From Candidatus Kapaibacterium sp. (lineage in GTDB: Bacteria > Bacteroidota > Ignavibacteria > Kapaibacteriales > UBA2268), in NCBI GenBank assembly GCA_963664875.1, contig OY761611.1, positions 2,432,001 through 2,496,000 on the forward strand: a stretch of DNA of 64,000 nt, read 5' to 3'. The translations under genes were made by a program, and so were the position numbers. The notes under the pieces are model-generated. The model made no database searches and was not told where the DNA came from. It worked only from the letters and a program-made list of their open reading frames with translations. Below, piece by piece: positions 21,233-33,963 of the stretch; position 1 is the stretch's first letter; every line of letters starts with the position of its first letter.

Positions 21233-22201
21233 ATGGCTATAAAGAAAAATGCCGGTAGCCCTTTCCTTATTGGATTGTTTGTTATTTTGGGTACGGTAGT
21301 TATTATAGGTTCTCTTATTTGGCTAGGAGCCAATCAATTCCTCAAAGAACAAGTTTTTTTTGTTACTTATTTCGATACCTCTGTCGAAGGTCTGGAGAAA
21401 GGCTCTGCTGTAAAATATCAGGGTGTACCTTGTGGCTCTGTAAAAACTATTAAGGTTGCTCCCGATGGTAAGCTTGTAGAGGTCGTGATGCAACTCGATC
21501 CTACAATAAATATTACAGACTCCTTGCGTGTGCAACCTGCTCTTGCCGGAATTGCCGGGGGCAAATTTTTACAACTGCATTATCCGTCCAATCCAGAGTT
21601 AGCTGCTGCTTATCCTGAAACATCTTTTGATTCTCCTTATCCTCTAATAAAGTCTGCTCCATCTGGCCTTGAAGAAATAGAGATTGCTATGAGAGAAGTA
21701 ATGAATAATTTCATGCAAATCAATACGGGGGAGATATCAGAAAGTGTTACTAATTTTTTGAATGAATCAACATATTTTTTGAGCAACAAAGCTATCTACC
21801 AAACGATTGACAATCTAAATAAATCGACGGCTACTCTGGCTTCAATTTTGCAAAAAGCTGATACGATTCCGGTGCTTGACAATGTTACTGATGTTACTCG
21901 ACAACTACTTGCTTCTGCAAAAGAAATTAATATCTTTACTCAAAAACTAAACAGCAAAATTGAGGCTATTAGAATAAGTGATCATTTAGAACATACTTTT
22001 GCGGCACTGGATACCACCATTTTTGCCTCACACAGAGTAATAAATGGTTTCGGTTCTAAAAGTGAAATGATGATTCAGGAATTTCATTACACTCTAAACG
22101 AAATTCGAGAAACAAATAAATACCTTCAGAAAGCCATAAGAGCGATTTCTGAAAACCCATCTGCAGTTTTTTTAAGCGAACCACCTGCAAAAGAGGATTA
22201 G
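21233..22201 (+). CDS. MlaD/MCE-family protein
   Basis: N-terminal TM (IGLFVILG), SVEGLEKGSAVKYQGVPCGSV MCE motif, helical tail ending ENPSAVF. Confidence 0.9.
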   Translation: MAIKKNAGSPFLIGLFVILGTVVIIGSLIWLGANQFLKEQVFFVTYFDTSVEGLEKGSAVKYQGVPCGSVKTIKVAPDGKLVEVVMQLDPTINITDSLRVQPALAGIAGGKFLQLHYPSNPELAAAYPETSFDSPYPLIKSAPSGLEEIEIAMREVMNNFMQINTGEISESVTNFLNESTYFLSNKAIYQTIDNLNKSTATLASILQKADTIPVLDNVTDVTRQLLASAKEINIFTQKLNSKIEAIRISDHLEHTFAALDTTIFASHRVINGFGSKSEMMIQEFHYTLNEIRETNKYLQKAIRAISENPSAVFLSEPPAKED

Positions 22202-22205
22202 TGCC

Positions 22206-22961
22206 ATGAACGTAATAAAAGATTTGGAAAGCATTATTGAAATCATTTGTGATGCAAAAAGCATCGCAGTGCTTACCGGGGCTGGCGTCTCTGCAGAAAG
22301 TGGAATTCGAACTTTTAGAGATCCTGATGGATTTTGGGCTAAACTTAATCCTGCCGAGCTTGCTAGTGCTAATGGGTTTATTGCAAATAGGCAATTAGTC
22401 TGGGATTGGTATCAGGAAAGAAGAGCAATTATTGCTGAATGTCAGCCCAATTCAGGACACTACGCTATTGCAAAGTTGGAAGCATTGGTCGACGATTTTA
22501 CTTTAATTACTCAAAATGTTGATAGACTTCATCAAAGTGCTGGTTCGAGAAATGTTCTCGAATTGCACGGAAATATTATAGATAACCACTGCTTTGACTG
22601 TGGGCAGACTTATGAAAATGCAATTGATCCACGAGACCACTCATTGCCAAACTGCCAAAATTGTGGTGGCAAAATAAGACCTTCTGTCGTTTGGTTTGGC
22701 GAAATGCTACCGGAATACGAAATGGAACAAGCAGTCATTTCTGCACAAAAATCTGATGTTTTCTTTACAATAGGTACTTCTGCAGAGGTATATCCTGCAG
22801 CAAATCTACCTCTGATTGCTAAAGATGCGGGGGCTTATGTGATAGAAATAAATCCAAATCCAACAGCAATCTCGAGCTATATGGATTATGTTTTGCGTAT
22901 GACTTCAGCACAGGCAATGCCTGTAATATTAGAAGAAATAATAAAAAGGAAACCAAAATGA
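22206..22961 (+). CDS. cobB: NAD-dependent protein deacylase (class III sirtuin)
   Basis: TGAGVSAESGIRTFRD, TQNVDRLH, ELHG, two CxxC, RPSVVWFGE, GTSAEVYPAA; YxxR (WYQER) desuccinylase signature. Confidence 0.96.
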   Translation: MNVIKDLESIIEIICDAKSIAVLTGAGVSAESGIRTFRDPDGFWAKLNPAELASANGFIANRQLVWDWYQERRAIIAECQPNSGHYAIAKLEALVDDFTLITQNVDRLHQSAGSRNVLELHGNIIDNHCFDCGQTYENAIDPRDHSLPNCQNCGGKIRPSVVWFGEMLPEYEMEQAVISAQKSDVFFTIGTSAEVYPAANLPLIAKDAGAYVIEINPNPTAISSYMDYVLRMTSAQAMPVILEEIIKRKPK

Positions 22962-23332
22962 TTATAGGTATTGGAACTGATATAGTCGAGGTTGGAAGAA
23001 TACAAGATGCCATAGAAAAGTATGGAGAGAGATTTCTTAATAAGATATTTACTAAAACTGAGCAGGAATATTGCAATTCCTACAACGAAACAAAGTATGT
23101 GCATTATGCAGCTCGTTTTGCAGCAAAAGAGTCTTTCAGCAAAGTAATCGGTACAGGTCTTACGCGCGGATTCAAATTTACTGAAGTAGGAATCAGAAAC
23201 AAAGAGTCAGGTGAACCTTATCTCGATTTATCAGGCGGTATGTTAGAAAAATGGGGCAGATACCACACTTTTGTTTCTCTTTCTCATACAGACAACAATG
23301 CTTTGGCTTATCTTGTAATGGAGGAGAGATAA
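22958..23332 (+). CDS. acpS: Holo-[acyl-carrier-protein] synthase
   Basis: IGIGTDIVE, AARFAAKES, VSLSHT. Confidence 0.96.
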   Translation: MIIGIGTDIVEVGRIQDAIEKYGERFLNKIFTKTEQEYCNSYNETKYVHYAARFAAKESFSKVIGTGLTRGFKFTEVGIRNKESGEPYLDLSGGMLEKWGRYHTFVSLSHTDNNALAYLVMEER

Positions 23333-23334
23333 TT

Positions 23335-24021
23335 ATGAGCTATATCACAACATCTGTACTCATTCCGGCAGGAGGTACCGGTAATAGATTCGGTGCAGAA
23401 ATTCCTAAACAATTTACTGAAATAAGTGGTATTCCAATCATTATACATACCTTGAAACAATTTTGGATATGTGACAACATTATTATTGCATCACATCCTG
23501 AATGGATTGACCACTTGAAGACACTGATATATGAGCATTCAATCCCAAACGTAAAAGCAGTTGTTGAAGGTGGCAGGACAAGACAAGAATCAGTATATCA
23601 TGCTTTGAGTCATGATGCTGTGCAAGAATCTGAAGTTGTTTTAGTGCATGACGCAGTTCGACCCTTTGCGTCAAAAGAATTGATTCAAAAAATAATGCTA
23701 AATGCCATTGAGTATGGTGCTGCTATACCCGGGCTAACTCCAAAAGATACTATCAAACAAGTAACAAGTGAAAACATAATTGACAAAACTATAGATCGAA
23801 ATACTTTGCAAATGGTTCAAACACCTCAAGGATTTAGATACTCTATAATTAAGGCTGCATTTGACAATGCATTGTCGCAAAAGTTTGAAGGAACTGATTC
23901 TGCTTCTTTAGTAGAATTACTTGGAAAACCTGTCAAAGTAATCGATGGAGAGGAAACCAATATCAAAATCACTACTCCATTAGACAAAATTTTAGCTGAA
24001 CATATAATTCACAGCAAATAG
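23335..24021 (+). CDS. ispD: 2-C-methyl-D-erythritol 4-phosphate cytidylyltransferase
   Basis: PAGGTGNRFGAEIPKQF, GGRTRQESV, VHDAVRPF, QTPQGF, NIKITTPLD; likely start ATG 23335. Confidence 0.96.
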   Translation: MSYITTSVLIPAGGTGNRFGAEIPKQFTEISGIPIIIHTLKQFWICDNIIIASHPEWIDHLKTLIYEHSIPNVKAVVEGGRTRQESVYHALSHDAVQESEVVLVHDAVRPFASKELIQKIMLNAIEYGAAIPGLTPKDTIKQVTSENIIDKTIDRNTLQMVQTPQGFRYSIIKAAFDNALSQKFEGTDSASLVELLGKPVKVIDGEETNIKITTPLDKILAEHIIHSK

Positions 24022-24183
24022 ATTTGCATCATAGCAAATTTTAACATACTTTTGAGTTACTAATAGTGTACACTCACTCCTTCCTTTATCCACCTAAAAT
24101 TGGAGTGTACTTGATATTCGTAAAATAAAGTACAAACAAGTACTTGTTATATTTATGGAATTAACATATTTAAAAGGTGGACT

Positions 24184-25290
24184 ATGAAAAAGCTAATGTG
24201 CCTCTTTGCATTGCTTCTATGCACTTCTCCTATGTTTTCGCAAAAAAATGAAGCTCCGGAAATTTCTACTTCTGTGTATGTAGATGCGTACTATGCGACT
24301 GATAATGATAACTCAACAGGATGGGGACAAAACAGAAAGTATTCCTTTGTCAATTACCGGAAAGATGTTTTCGGCTTGAATGCTGCTAATTTCACCTTAT
24401 CTGCTAAAGCCACCAATTATAGAGGTAAGTTAACCTTGCAGGCAGGTGATATCAAAAAATCTGCTTGGGATGGAGTTACTGACAATCCAAGCCTTTATGA
24501 AGGAAATTTTGGGATACGTCTCTTCGAAGGATTTTGGATAGATGCAGGTTATTATATAACACATATTGGTGCCGAAGCCGTTTTGCCAATTGACAACTGG
24601 ATGTCAATTCATAATTGTGTAGGTTATTTTGAGCCTTTTTATTCTTCAGGCATCAAAGCTTCTTATGATATAAATGAAAATTGGCATGCTGAACTTCATT
24701 TAGTAAACGGGAACGGTATCATAGAAGACAATAATTCCAATAAATCTGTTGGCTATTACTTGTCATATACCGACAGCAAGTTTTTTGCATCCTATTCAGG
24801 TATAGCAGGTAATGAAGAGTCTTCTGCTGATGATTCAAAATTAGCGACTTATAGCAATTTCCTCTTCCAATATACATTCTCAGACAAATTTGCAATGAAA
24901 GCACAATTTGACTTTGCAACAAGAGCAGACGTGCCGGATCCTATAACAGAAGATGTGCAACAGGCCACTTATATGGGTACTGCTATCCAAGCACAATGGA
25001 AATTTGTAGATAATTTTGCTTTTGCAGCAAGGTTTGCTTATGCTGATAACACAAAAGAGGCAAGACTTATGCCTGACGGACTATACAAAGGTATGGGTAT
25101 TACTGCAAACCTTACTTACTTCCCAACTGCCAATTCTTTCATTCGCTTGGAAGGAAGAATGCTTCAATTCGATGATGATGATACTCCTCAATTGACTAAT
25201 AAACCATTTATCGACACAGACGGCAATCCGACTAATTCGAGAATGGAAATAATGCTCAACTATGGTTTGCGTTTCGACGCTATATTTTAG
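24184..25290 (+). CDS. Outer-membrane beta-barrel porin (BBP2/DUF1597-like)
   Basis: Signal peptide, YVDAYY, DAGYYITHIGAE, EPFYSSGIK, LVNG...DNNSNKS, terminal Phe. Confidence 0.8.
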   Translation: MKKLMCLFALLLCTSPMFSQKNEAPEISTSVYVDAYYATDNDNSTGWGQNRKYSFVNYRKDVFGLNAANFTLSAKATNYRGKLTLQAGDIKKSAWDGVTDNPSLYEGNFGIRLFEGFWIDAGYYITHIGAEAVLPIDNWMSIHNCVGYFEPFYSSGIKASYDINENWHAELHLVNGNGIIEDNNSNKSVGYYLSYTDSKFFASYSGIAGNEESSADDSKLATYSNFLFQYTFSDKFAMKAQFDFATRADVPDPITEDVQQATYMGTAIQAQWKFVDNFAFAARFAYADNTKEARLMPDGLYKGMGITANLTYFPTANSFIRLEGRMLQFDDDDTPQLTNKPFIDTDGNPTNSRMEIMLNYGLRFDAIF

Positions 25291-25356
25291 ACTCTAAACT
25301 GAGCAAATATCTAATCATTCTTTTCATTATGTCTAACATTTAAAAAGTTGAGTCTT

Positions 25357-28300
25357 ATGAAACTAAGCAACATGAAAATGAAAACAAAACTCATGGCTGT
25401 ATTAGTGCCGGTGATTTTTGTAGCTTTTTCGCTTACAATACTATTTGTCTATTCCAAAACAGACACCATAGTAAGAGCTATCACATTTAGCGATGCTGAA
25501 AACCTTGCTAAACAATATGGCAATCAAATAAAAGCAGAGTTGGAAGAGCCGTTGGTCACTGCCAGATCAATGGCAAGTAGTATGGCAGAATTTTCTTCCA
25601 TTCCGATAGAAAAAAGAAGAGAATTTTACTTACAGAGCCTAAAAAAAAATCTTGAAGATAATCCACAGTTCCTTGGAGCCTGGACAGTTTGGGAATCTAA
25701 CGCATTGGATGGTATGGACTCAGAGTATTCTAATACTCCGGGTCACGACGCATCAGGACGCTTTATCCCCTACTGGAACTACGCCGGAGGTCTTCACCTC
25801 GAAGCCTGCGTCACTTATGACACTGAAGATTCTCAAAGTGATTATTACAACAGGCCTAAAAAAACAAAACAAGAACTAATTTTAGAACCATTCTCGTACG
25901 AAGTAAATGGTGAAATGGTGCAAATGGTGAGTGCAGCCTGCCCTATAATTGTCAATGGAGAAGTAGTGGGCGTAGCCGGTGCAGATTTGGGTATCAATGC
26001 TATATCGCAAAGGATTGGTGAACTCAAACCTTATAATAGTGGCTATGCTGCTCTTATAGCATCAAATGGTGTATATGCCGCACATCCTAATCCTAAAATG
26101 CTTGGAAAAATGATAGATGAAGAAAAGCAGGATGTCTATAAAACTGCTAAAGAAAAAATATTAGCAGGGGAGCAATATGATTTTGAGTTTTATAATGAAG
26201 AAAACAGCAGAGACGAAAAGATATTCTATATTCCAATCGAAATAGGTAGATCGGGATTGAAATGGTATCTTGCCATTGCCTGCCCAATTGACGAAGTCCT
26301 TGCCGAAAATCAAGCTCTTCAGCAATTACTTATTCTTATAGGCATTGTTGTGGTTGCGATTCTAATTGTTGCAATTTTCCTTCTTGCCCGTTTTATTTCT
26401 AAACCTCTGGAAATTATGCAGGAAGCAGCTGACAAACTTTCTCGTGGAGATATGAGTGCTGATTTGAGTATCGAAGCTACCGACGAAATCGGTCAGTTAG
26501 CCTCAAGTTTTCGGAACATGAAGTCAGCGATAGAGTCAGTGATCAATGAGTTGGGAGAAATAACAATAGCCACAACAAACGGCAGATTAGACAAGAGATG
26601 TAACACAACAAAATTCCAAGGCTCTTACAAAGAAATAGTTGTAGGTGTAAACGGAACTTTGGATGCAGTAATCCAGCCATTGAACATGACCGCGGAGTAT
26701 GTCGATAGAATAGCCAAAGGGGATATACCTTCGAAAATTAATGAAGAGTATAAAGGCGACTTTAACGAAATCAAAAACAATATCAACCAGCTAATAGATA
26801 CCCTTAACTTTTTTGTAAATGATATGTTAAATATGTATCATCAGCAAAAAGCAGGTGATATTGAAGTGATGATGCATCCCGATAACTTCCTTGGAGTTTA
26901 CAGGGAAATGGCAAACGGAGTCAATAATGTAGCCGGTATTCACTTAAATAATATGCTTATGATATTGAATATCTTGGAATCTTATGCCAATGGTGATATG
27001 ACTCCTGTCTTAGATCAGCTACCCGGCAAGCAGGCGATTGCAAATGAAAGAATGGACATGCTTCGCAACAATCTGTTAAATATCATCACAGAGTTGAATA
27101 AAATATCTGATTCTGCTATAAACGGCAGGTTAGATGTCAGAGGTAATGCTGATAATTTCAAAGGTGCATACAACGAAATAGTAAGCGGGATTAATGGTAC
27201 TTTAGATGCCATCATCAACCCATTAAATGTAGCAGCCGAGTATATTGACCGAATTTCTAAAGGAGATATTCCTGATATTATCACTGATGAATATAAAGGT
27301 GACTTCAATGAAATGAAGGAAAACTTTAACAGGCTCTTTGCTACTTTAAACAATTTCATATCTGATATGAAGCACATGTATGAAGTACATAAAGCAGGTG
27401 ATTTTGAGGGAGTTATGGCAGAAGAGAAATATCTTGGTGCCTTCCGCGAAATGACTTCAGGTGTAAACAACTCTGTTCAGATGTATGTTCAGTTATTAGC
27501 TGAAATCCTATCTATTGCAGAAGCTTATGCTCAGGGTAATTTCAACGAACAACTCAGAGAATTGCCCGGCAAACAGATAGATGCTACAAATAGGATGAAT
27601 CTACTTAAAGAAAATTTGCTAAAAGTAGTATCTGAGCTTGATAAATTGGGTCTTGAAGTTAAAACAGGTAATCTGGATTACAGCTGTGACGAATCTAAAT
27701 TCCAAAATGGCTGGAAAGATCTGGTTGTTGGTCTGAACAATATGAAAGACTCTGTAGCCAAACCTGTTAATGATATGAATGATATTTTGAAACATATCTC
27801 TGTAAATGATTACCAGGTTGTTTTCGAGAGCGGTTACGAAGGTGTTTGGCTCGAGCAGCAAAATTACACTAAGGATGTTATTGGTAGACTGAACCACATT
27901 TTGAAAATTACGAGAAATGTAAGTAACGGCAACTTAGAAGATTTGGAACATCTTCAAAATGTAGGTAAGCGAAGCGCTAATGATGAGTTAGTTCCATCAT
28001 TTATCCGAATGATCGAATCTATCAAGAGACTTGTAGTGGATGCGGAAGAAGTTGCTAAATATGCTGCGGATGGACAATTACACAAGAGAGCAGATGAGAG
28101 TAAGCACAGTGGCGAATTTGCCAATGTCATAGGAGGCTTCAACAAAACTATAGACAATTTGGTAGCACCACTCCGCATAGCTGCATCATTTGCCGATGCA
28201 ATCAGCAAGGGCGACCAATTTGAAGCCTTGACGGATGATTACCGTGGCGAATACAAAGCAATGGCAGACAATATCAACACCTGCATAGAAGTACTCAACA

Positions 28301-29478
28301 GATTCTCACAAGACATCTATGATCAGACAGAAGCCTCAATTAACGGTCAGCTTGGAGTGAGAACTGATATTAGCCGCTACACAGGAGCATGGCGAGGCAT
28401 GGTCGAAGGTATGAACAACATAATGGATGCAATGTCTAAGCCTCTGAATGAAGCAGGAAAAGTGCTGGAAGTACTTGCCGCAGGGGATTTGAGGTCAAGA
28501 ATGCAAGGCAATTACGAAGGTGAATTTGACAAGTTGAGTATGAACATCAACCGCCTTGGCGATTCTCTGCAGGACTTGATAAGGAATGTAATAGAAGTAG
28601 TAAATGCAGTATCGGAAGCATCTAACGAAATAAATTCTAACTCAAACACAGTAGCGACAGCATCGCAGGAGCAAAGTTCGCAGGCAGAAGAAATCGCAAC
28701 AGCGATAGAGCAGATGGCAAGGACGGTAACAGAAAATGCAGACAACGCCGGCAAAACTTCAGTGGAAGCGAAGAACAACGGTCAGATAGCCAAAGAGGGC
28801 GGCAGCATAGTCAGCCAGACAGTAACTAAGATGCAGGATATAGCCACAGTGGTAAGGCAGTCTGCTGAAAATATCCAAAAGCTCGGTGAATCCAGCAAGC
28901 AAATAGGGCAGATAATATCTGTAATCGACGAGATAGCAGATCAGACAAATCTATTGGCGCTTAATGCAGCAATAGAAGCCGCCCGTGCCGGAGAGCAGGG
29001 CAGAGGTTTTGCAGTAGTAGCCGATGAGGTCCGCAAACTTGCCGAACGCACAACGGAAGCCACCAAACAAATAGCAACCATGATTAAAGGAGTGCAGGAA
29101 GAGACTGAAGGAGCTGTCGGTATTATGAAAAAAGGAAACGACGAAGTAAAACAGGGTATAGACTTAGCAGACCAGGCAGGCAAATCGCTTTCTAACATAG
29201 TAGGCTCTACAAATCATGTGATAGAAATGATAATGCAGATAGCCGCAGCCAGCGAAGAGCAATCAGCGACAACCGAGCAAATAGCTAAAAACATAACAGC
29301 AATTTCATCAGTGTCGCAGGAGACTGCAGAGCAAATATCATTTATAGCAGAAGCTGCAACCCGAATGAGCGAATACACATCGCAGCTCAATCTTGTTGTC
29401 AATCAATTTAAAATAGACGAAGAAGAGGATTTTAGAGCTTTGCCCGGCAGCGGTCGCAAACATCTAATGCCTCACTAA
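25357..29478 (+). CDS. Methyl-accepting chemotaxis protein: dCache sensor, poly-HAMP array, MCP signalling domain
   Basis: Two TMs flank GAWTVWE/GRFIPYW dCache; repeated PLNxxAEYxDRISKGD HAMP units; [40 protein letters not shown]. Confidence 0.97.
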   Translation: MKLSNMKMKTKLMAVLVPVIFVAFSLTILFVYSKTDTIVRAITFSDAENLAKQYGNQIKAELEEPLVTARSMASSMAEFSSIPIEKRREFYLQSLKKNLEDNPQFLGAWTVWESNALDGMDSEYSNTPGHDASGRFIPYWNYAGGLHLEACVTYDTEDSQSDYYNRPKKTKQELILEPFSYEVNGEMVQMVSAACPIIVNGEVVGVAGADLGINAISQRIGELKPYNSGYAALIASNGVYAAHPNPKMLGKMIDEEKQDVYKTAKEKILAGEQYDFEFYNEENSRDEKIFYIPIEIGRSGLKWYLAIACPIDEVLAENQALQQLLILIGIVVVAILIVAIFLLARFISKPLEIMQEAADKLSRGDMSADLSIEATDEIGQLASSFRNMKSAIESVINELGEITIATTNGRLDKRCNTTKFQGSYKEIVVGVNGTLDAVIQPLNMTAEYVDRIAKGDIPSKINEEYKGDFNEIKNNINQLIDTLNFFVNDMLNMYHQQKAGDIEVMMHPDNFLGVYREMANGVNNVAGIHLNNMLMILNILESYANGDMTPVLDQLPGKQAIANERMDMLRNNLLNIITELNKISDSAINGRLDVRGNADNFKGAYNEIVSGINGTLDAIINPLNVAAEYIDRISKGDIPDIITDEYKGDFNEMKENFNRLFATLNNFISDMKHMYEVHKAGDFEGVMAEEKYLGAFREMTSGVNNSVQMYVQLLAEILSIAEAYAQGNFNEQLRELPGKQIDATNRMNLLKENLLKVVSELDKLGLEVKTGNLDYSCDESKFQNGWKDLVVGLNNMKDSVAKPVNDMNDILKHISVNDYQVVFESGYEGVWLEQQNYTKDVIGRLNHILKITRNVSNGNLEDLEHLQNVGKRSANDELVPSFIRMIESIKRLVVDAEEVAKYAADGQLHKRADESKHSGEFANVIGGFNKTIDNLVAPLRIAASFADAISKGDQFEALTDDYRGEYKAMADNINTCIEVLNRFSQDIYDQTEASINGQLGVRTDISRYTGAWRGMVEGMNNIMDAMSKPLNEAGKVLEVLAAGDLRSRMQGNYEGEFDKLSMNINRLGDSLQDLIRNVIEVVNAVSEASNEINSNSNTVATASQEQSSQAEEIATAIEQMARTVTENADNAGKTSVEAKNNGQIAKEGGSIVSQTVTKMQDIATVVRQSAENIQKLGESSKQIGQIISVIDEIADQTNLLALNAAIEAARAGEQGRGFAVVADEVRKLAERTTEATKQIATMIKGVQEETEGAVGIMKKGNDEVKQGIDLADQAGKSLSNIVGSTNHVIEMIMQIAAASEEQSATTEQIAKNITAISSVSQETAEQISFIAEAATRMSEYTSQLNLVVNQFKIDEEEDFRALPGSGRKHLMPH
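26479..26921 (+). repeat. Near-identical internal block shared with 30964-31406
   Basis: About 443 bp at offset 4485 with a handful of synonymous mismatches; flanks are diverged. Confidence 0.93.
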
Positions 29479-29555
29479 ATCTTCTCAGCTTTTTATTATT
29501 CTTAAAACTTATAACTACTCTTGGCTTTTTTTGAGTGCCGAGAGTAGTTTTTTTT
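28105..29555 (+). repeat. About 1.45-kb near-identical block shared with about 32590-34039 (MCP tail, 3'UTR and terminator)
   Basis: Offset 4485; protein tails differ by about 2 residues; identity continues through the terminator. Confidence 0.97.
29513..29555 (+). terminator. Terminator after MCP 1 (same hairpin at 33998-34039 after MCP 2)
   Basis: AACTACTCTTGGC / GCCGAGAGTAGTT stem followed by a T-run. Confidence 0.85.
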
Positions 29556-29706
29556 GATTAAAGAATATACTTGATTTTAGGTATGTAAAAAGATAAATTA
29601 GTACCTAATATTTCTTAATAGAATGACATTGCTTGTCTATAATCTTTATATTGCTAATATTTTGAAATCAAATATTGCATTTTATACACATCAAAAGGGA
29701 AACAAT

Positions 29707-32700
29707 ATGCAATTAAAAATTAGAAGTAAGATAGTGCTTCTTGCAAATTTATGTATTACTCTGCCATTAGTTATACTAATATCCATTATATGGTTTGAAA
29801 AAAATCATGCTGCAGAGGAAAATATTAAACTCATAAGTGACATGACTGAAAATAACTTAGGTCAGATTGCAAAGGATGTATATTCTATCTGCGATGCATC
29901 AAACAGTATCCTACAAAGCAAACTTAACAGCACTCTTGATTTGTTAAATCAACAGATCAAAGCAAATGGCGGTTTGAATATTAAAAATGAAAATACTGAT
30001 TGGGCTGCAGAAAATCAGTTTATGAAACAATCTTTAGCATTTACACTGCCAAAATTTTGCATAGGTGATAAATGGTTAGGAAATTCTCGAAGCATGTCAG
30101 CTGAAACTTATCTGATAGACCGACTCGGCAAAACAATGGATGTTGCAATATCGGTATTCCAGAGAACAAATGACGAAGGGGATATGCTCAGAGTTGCCAC
30201 AAATGCTCCCGATGAGAGCGGGAAACGTACTTTGGGTACTTTTTACACTGCCGTGAATCCGGATGGAACACCAAATCCTGTTATACAAACAATACTAAAC
30301 AAGCAGTCATTTAGAGGTTCTGATTTTGTAGTTGGGCAAGTATATCTTACAATATATCAGCCTATAATTGACAACTCAGGAAAAGTAATTGGTATTTTAT
30401 CTGTCGGAGTAAGACAGGAACAAGATCCTCAATTGCGTAAAAACATAATGGATATCAACGTCGGCAATGATGGGTACGTGTTTGTATTGCAGGGGAACGG
30501 GCCTAAAAAGGGAGAATACGTTGTCTTTAAAGATAACCAAAGAGTTGGTGAAAACTTACTAGAATCTACCAATAAAGATGTTGTAAAAGTTACACAAGAT
30601 GTTATAGATATAGCTCTAAAACTAGAAGGCAAAGAAAGCGGTACCTATAATTATTTCTGGCAAAATCCAGGTGAAGATTTGCCTCGAGAAAAAATAACAA
30701 TGGTTGCATATTATGAACCTTGGGACTGGGTCATAGGAGTGAGTGCTTATAAGTCTGATTTTATGGCAGTAAGTGATAAAATGATAGATACATTAGCTAA
30801 CTTAATCTATATCGCAATCTTTACTGCGCTAATTATCAATGCCGTTATGGGGCTGTTTGTGTTCTGGTTCACCAAACGCATGATGAAACCACTTGATGAT
30901 ATTGCAGTAATTTCAGATCAGCTTGCTATGGGGAATTTAAATAATAGCATAGATTACAATAAAACCGACGAAATCGGTCAGTTAGCCTCAAGTTTTCGGA
31001 ACATGAAATCAGCAATAGAGTCAGTGATCAATGAGTTGGGAGAAATAACAATAGCCACAACAAACGGCAGATTAGACAAGAGATGTAACACAACAAAATT
31101 CCAAGGCTCTTATAAAGAAATAGTTGTAGGTGTAAACGGAACTTTGGATGCAGTAATCCAGCCATTGAACATGACCGCGGAGTATGTCGATAGAATAGCC
31201 AAAGGCGATATACCTTCAAAAATCAATGAAGAGTATAAAGGCGACTTTAACGAAATCAAAAACAATATCAATCAGCTAATAGATACCCTTAACTTTTTTG
31301 TAAATGATATGCTAAATATGTATCATCAGCAAAAAGCAGGTGATATTGAAGTGATGATGCATCCCGATAACTTCCTTGGAGTTTACAGGGAAATGGCAAA
31401 CGGAGTAAACAATGCAGCGGGAATCCATATAAATAACCTACTTAAAATACTTGGTATTCTGCAATCCTATGCAAACGGCGACATGACACCTGTGCTTGAA
31501 AAATTGCCGGGCAAACAAATAATCGCCAATGAAAGAATGGATATGCTACGTAATAACTTATTAGATGTAATAACAGAGCTCAATACTATATCTGATTCGG
31601 TAACAAACGGCAGGTTAGACTTACGAGGCAGTGCTGATAAATTTAACGGTGCCTACAAAGAAATCATCAGCGGTATCAACGGCACTCTTGATGCGGTAAT
31701 CAATCCGCTCAACGTAACAGCGGAATATATCGACAGAATATCTAAGGGTGACATACCACAGAAAATAACCGAAGAAGCCAAAGGTGATTTCAACGAAATA
31801 AAAGTAAATATCAATCAGCTAATCGATAATCTGAACGATTTTATTACAGATATGCAGCAAATGCATGATTTGCACAAAGCCGGGGATATCGAGTATCAAA
31901 TAAATGCAGGCAAATTCAACGGAGCCTACCGAACAATGGCAAACGGTGTAAATACCACAGTCTTTATCCACGTAGATGCAGCATTGTCGATACTTAATAT
32001 CATAAAAGAATACGCAGAAGGCAATTTTGACGCTGTACTTAAAAAACTACCCGGCAAACAGATCATAGCAAACGAGCGTTGCGATATGCTTAGAGAAAAT
32101 CTGTTGAATGTAGTTTCTGAATTAGACTCATTGGCAAAAGAAATACGACACGGCAATCTGAGCTACAGTTGCGACGTATCAAAATTCCGCAATGGTTGGC
32201 AGGAACTGGTAGCAGGGCTAAACAACATGAAAGACTCTGTTGCCAAACCTGTAGAAGATATGAATGAGATTTTGAAAAGCGTAGCCGTTAACGATTACAA
32301 AATAATTTTCTCCGATGGCTACGAAGGCATCTGGCAGGAACAACAAAACCATACAAAAGATGTAATAAGCAGACTGCAGCATATACTCAAGATAGCAGAA
32401 AATGTGAGCAAAGGCAATCTGGAAGATTTGAGCCATCTGAAAAATGTAGGCAAACGCAGTAATAATGATGAACTTACACCATCATTTATCCGCATGATCG
32501 AATCTATCCAAATGCTGGTAAGCGATGCTGAAGAGCTATCCAAACATGCAGCAGCAGGGGATTTGTCGCAGAGAGCAGATATAGAAAAACACAGCGGCGA
32601 ATTTGCCAATGTCATAGGAGGCTTCAATAAAACAATAGACAATTTGGTAACACCACTCCGCATAGCAGCATCATTTGCCGATGCAATCAGCAAGGGCGAC

Positions 32701-33963
32701 CAATTTGAAGCCTTGACGGATGATTACCATGGCGAATACAAAGCAATGGCAGACAATATCAACACCTGCATAGAAGTACTCAACAGATTCTCACAAGACA
32801 TCTATGATCAGACAGAAGCCTCAATTAACGGTCAGCTTGGAGTGAGAACTGATATTAGCCGCTACACAGGAGCATGGCGAGGCATGGTCGAAGGTATGAA
32901 CAACATAATGGATGCAATGTCTAAGCCTCTGAATGAAGCAGGAAAAGTGCTGGAAGTACTTGCCGCAGGTGATTTAAGGTCAAGAATGCAAGGCAATTAC
33001 GAAGGTGAATTTGACAAGTTGAGTATGAACATCAACCGCCTTGGCGATTCACTGCAGGACTTGATAAGGAATGTAATAGAAGTAGTAAATGCAGTATCGG
33101 AAGCATCTAACGAAATAAATTCTAACTCAAACACAGTAGCGACAGCATCGCAGGAGCAAAGTTCGCAGGCAGAAGAAATCGCAACAGCGATAGAGCAGAT
33201 GGCAAGGACGGTAACAGAAAATGCAGACAATGCCGGCAAAACTTCAGTGGAAGCGAAGAACAACGGTCAGATAGCCAAAGAGGGCGGTAGCATAGTCAGC
33301 CAGACAGTAACTAAGATGCAGGATATAGCCACAGTGGTAAGGCAGTCAGCCGAAAATATCCAAAAGCTCGGTGAATCCAGCAAGCAAATAGGGCAGATAA
33401 TATCTGTAATCGACGAGATAGCAGACCAGACAAATCTATTGGCGCTTAATGCAGCAATAGAAGCCGCTCGTGCCGGAGAGCAGGGCAGAGGTTTTGCAGT
33501 AGTAGCCGATGAGGTCCGAAAACTTGCCGAACGCACAACGGAAGCTACCAAACAAATAGCAACCATGATTAAAGGAGTGCAGGAAGAGACTGAGGGAGCT
33601 GTCGGTATTATGAAAAAAGGAAACGACGAAGTAAAACAGGGCATAGACTTAGCAGACCAGGCAGGCAAATCGCTTTCTAACATAGTAGGCTCTACAAATC
33701 ATGTGATAGAAATGATAATGCAGATAGCCGCAGCCAGCGAAGAGCAATCAGCGACAACCGAGCAAATAGCTAAAAACATAACAGCAATTTCATCAGTGTC
33801 GCAGGAGACTGCAGAGCAAATATCATTTATAGCAGAAGCTGCAACCCGAATGAGCGAATACACATCGCAGCTCAATCTTGTTGTCAATCAATTTAAAATA
33901 GACGAAGAAGAGGATTTTAGAGCTTTGCCCGGCAGCGGTCGGAAACATCTAATGCCTCACTAA
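29707..33963 (+). CDS. Methyl-accepting chemotaxis protein: Cache_3-Cache_2 sensor, poly-HAMP array, MCP signalling domain
   Basis: AAGGGA precedes ATG 29707; [24 protein letters not shown] and [10 protein letters not shown] Cache motifs; signalling domain essentially identical to MCP 1. Confidence 0.97.
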   Translation: MQLKIRSKIVLLANLCITLPLVILISIIWFEKNHAAEENIKLISDMTENNLGQIAKDVYSICDASNSILQSKLNSTLDLLNQQIKANGGLNIKNENTDWAAENQFMKQSLAFTLPKFCIGDKWLGNSRSMSAETYLIDRLGKTMDVAISVFQRTNDEGDMLRVATNAPDESGKRTLGTFYTAVNPDGTPNPVIQTILNKQSFRGSDFVVGQVYLTIYQPIIDNSGKVIGILSVGVRQEQDPQLRKNIMDINVGNDGYVFVLQGNGPKKGEYVVFKDNQRVGENLLESTNKDVVKVTQDVIDIALKLEGKESGTYNYFWQNPGEDLPREKITMVAYYEPWDWVIGVSAYKSDFMAVSDKMIDTLANLIYIAIFTALIINAVMGLFVFWFTKRMMKPLDDIAVISDQLAMGNLNNSIDYNKTDEIGQLASSFRNMKSAIESVINELGEITIATTNGRLDKRCNTTKFQGSYKEIVVGVNGTLDAVIQPLNMTAEYVDRIAKGDIPSKINEEYKGDFNEIKNNINQLIDTLNFFVNDMLNMYHQQKAGDIEVMMHPDNFLGVYREMANGVNNAAGIHINNLLKILGILQSYANGDMTPVLEKLPGKQIIANERMDMLRNNLLDVITELNTISDSVTNGRLDLRGSADKFNGAYKEIISGINGTLDAVINPLNVTAEYIDRISKGDIPQKITEEAKGDFNEIKVNINQLIDNLNDFITDMQQMHDLHKAGDIEYQINAGKFNGAYRTMANGVNTTVFIHVDAALSILNIIKEYAEGNFDAVLKKLPGKQIIANERCDMLRENLLNVVSELDSLAKEIRHGNLSYSCDVSKFRNGWQELVAGLNNMKDSVAKPVEDMNEILKSVAVNDYKIIFSDGYEGIWQEQQNHTKDVISRLQHILKIAENVSKGNLEDLSHLKNVGKRSNNDELTPSFIRMIESIQMLVSDAEELSKHAAAGDLSQRADIEKHSGEFANVIGGFNKTIDNLVTPLRIAASFADAISKGDQFEALTDDYHGEYKAMADNINTCIEVLNRFSQDIYDQTEASINGQLGVRTDISRYTGAWRGMVEGMNNIMDAMSKPLNEAGKVLEVLAAGDLRSRMQGNYEGEFDKLSMNINRLGDSLQDLIRNVIEVVNAVSEASNEINSNSNTVATASQEQSSQAEEIATAIEQMARTVTENADNAGKTSVEAKNNGQIAKEGGSIVSQTVTKMQDIATVVRQSAENIQKLGESSKQIGQIISVIDEIADQTNLLALNAAIEAARAGEQGRGFAVVADEVRKLAERTTEATKQIATMIKGVQEETEGAVGIMKKGNDEVKQGIDLADQAGKSLSNIVGSTNHVIEMIMQIAAASEEQSATTEQIAKNITAISSVSQETAEQISFIAEAATRMSEYTSQLNLVVNQFKIDEEEDFRALPGSGRKHLMPH

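Noticed and set aside
24060-24150. Riboswitch (for example c-di-GMP) ahead of the porin-MCP unit
   Set aside because: Only a simple inverted repeat; no recognisable aptamer consensus.
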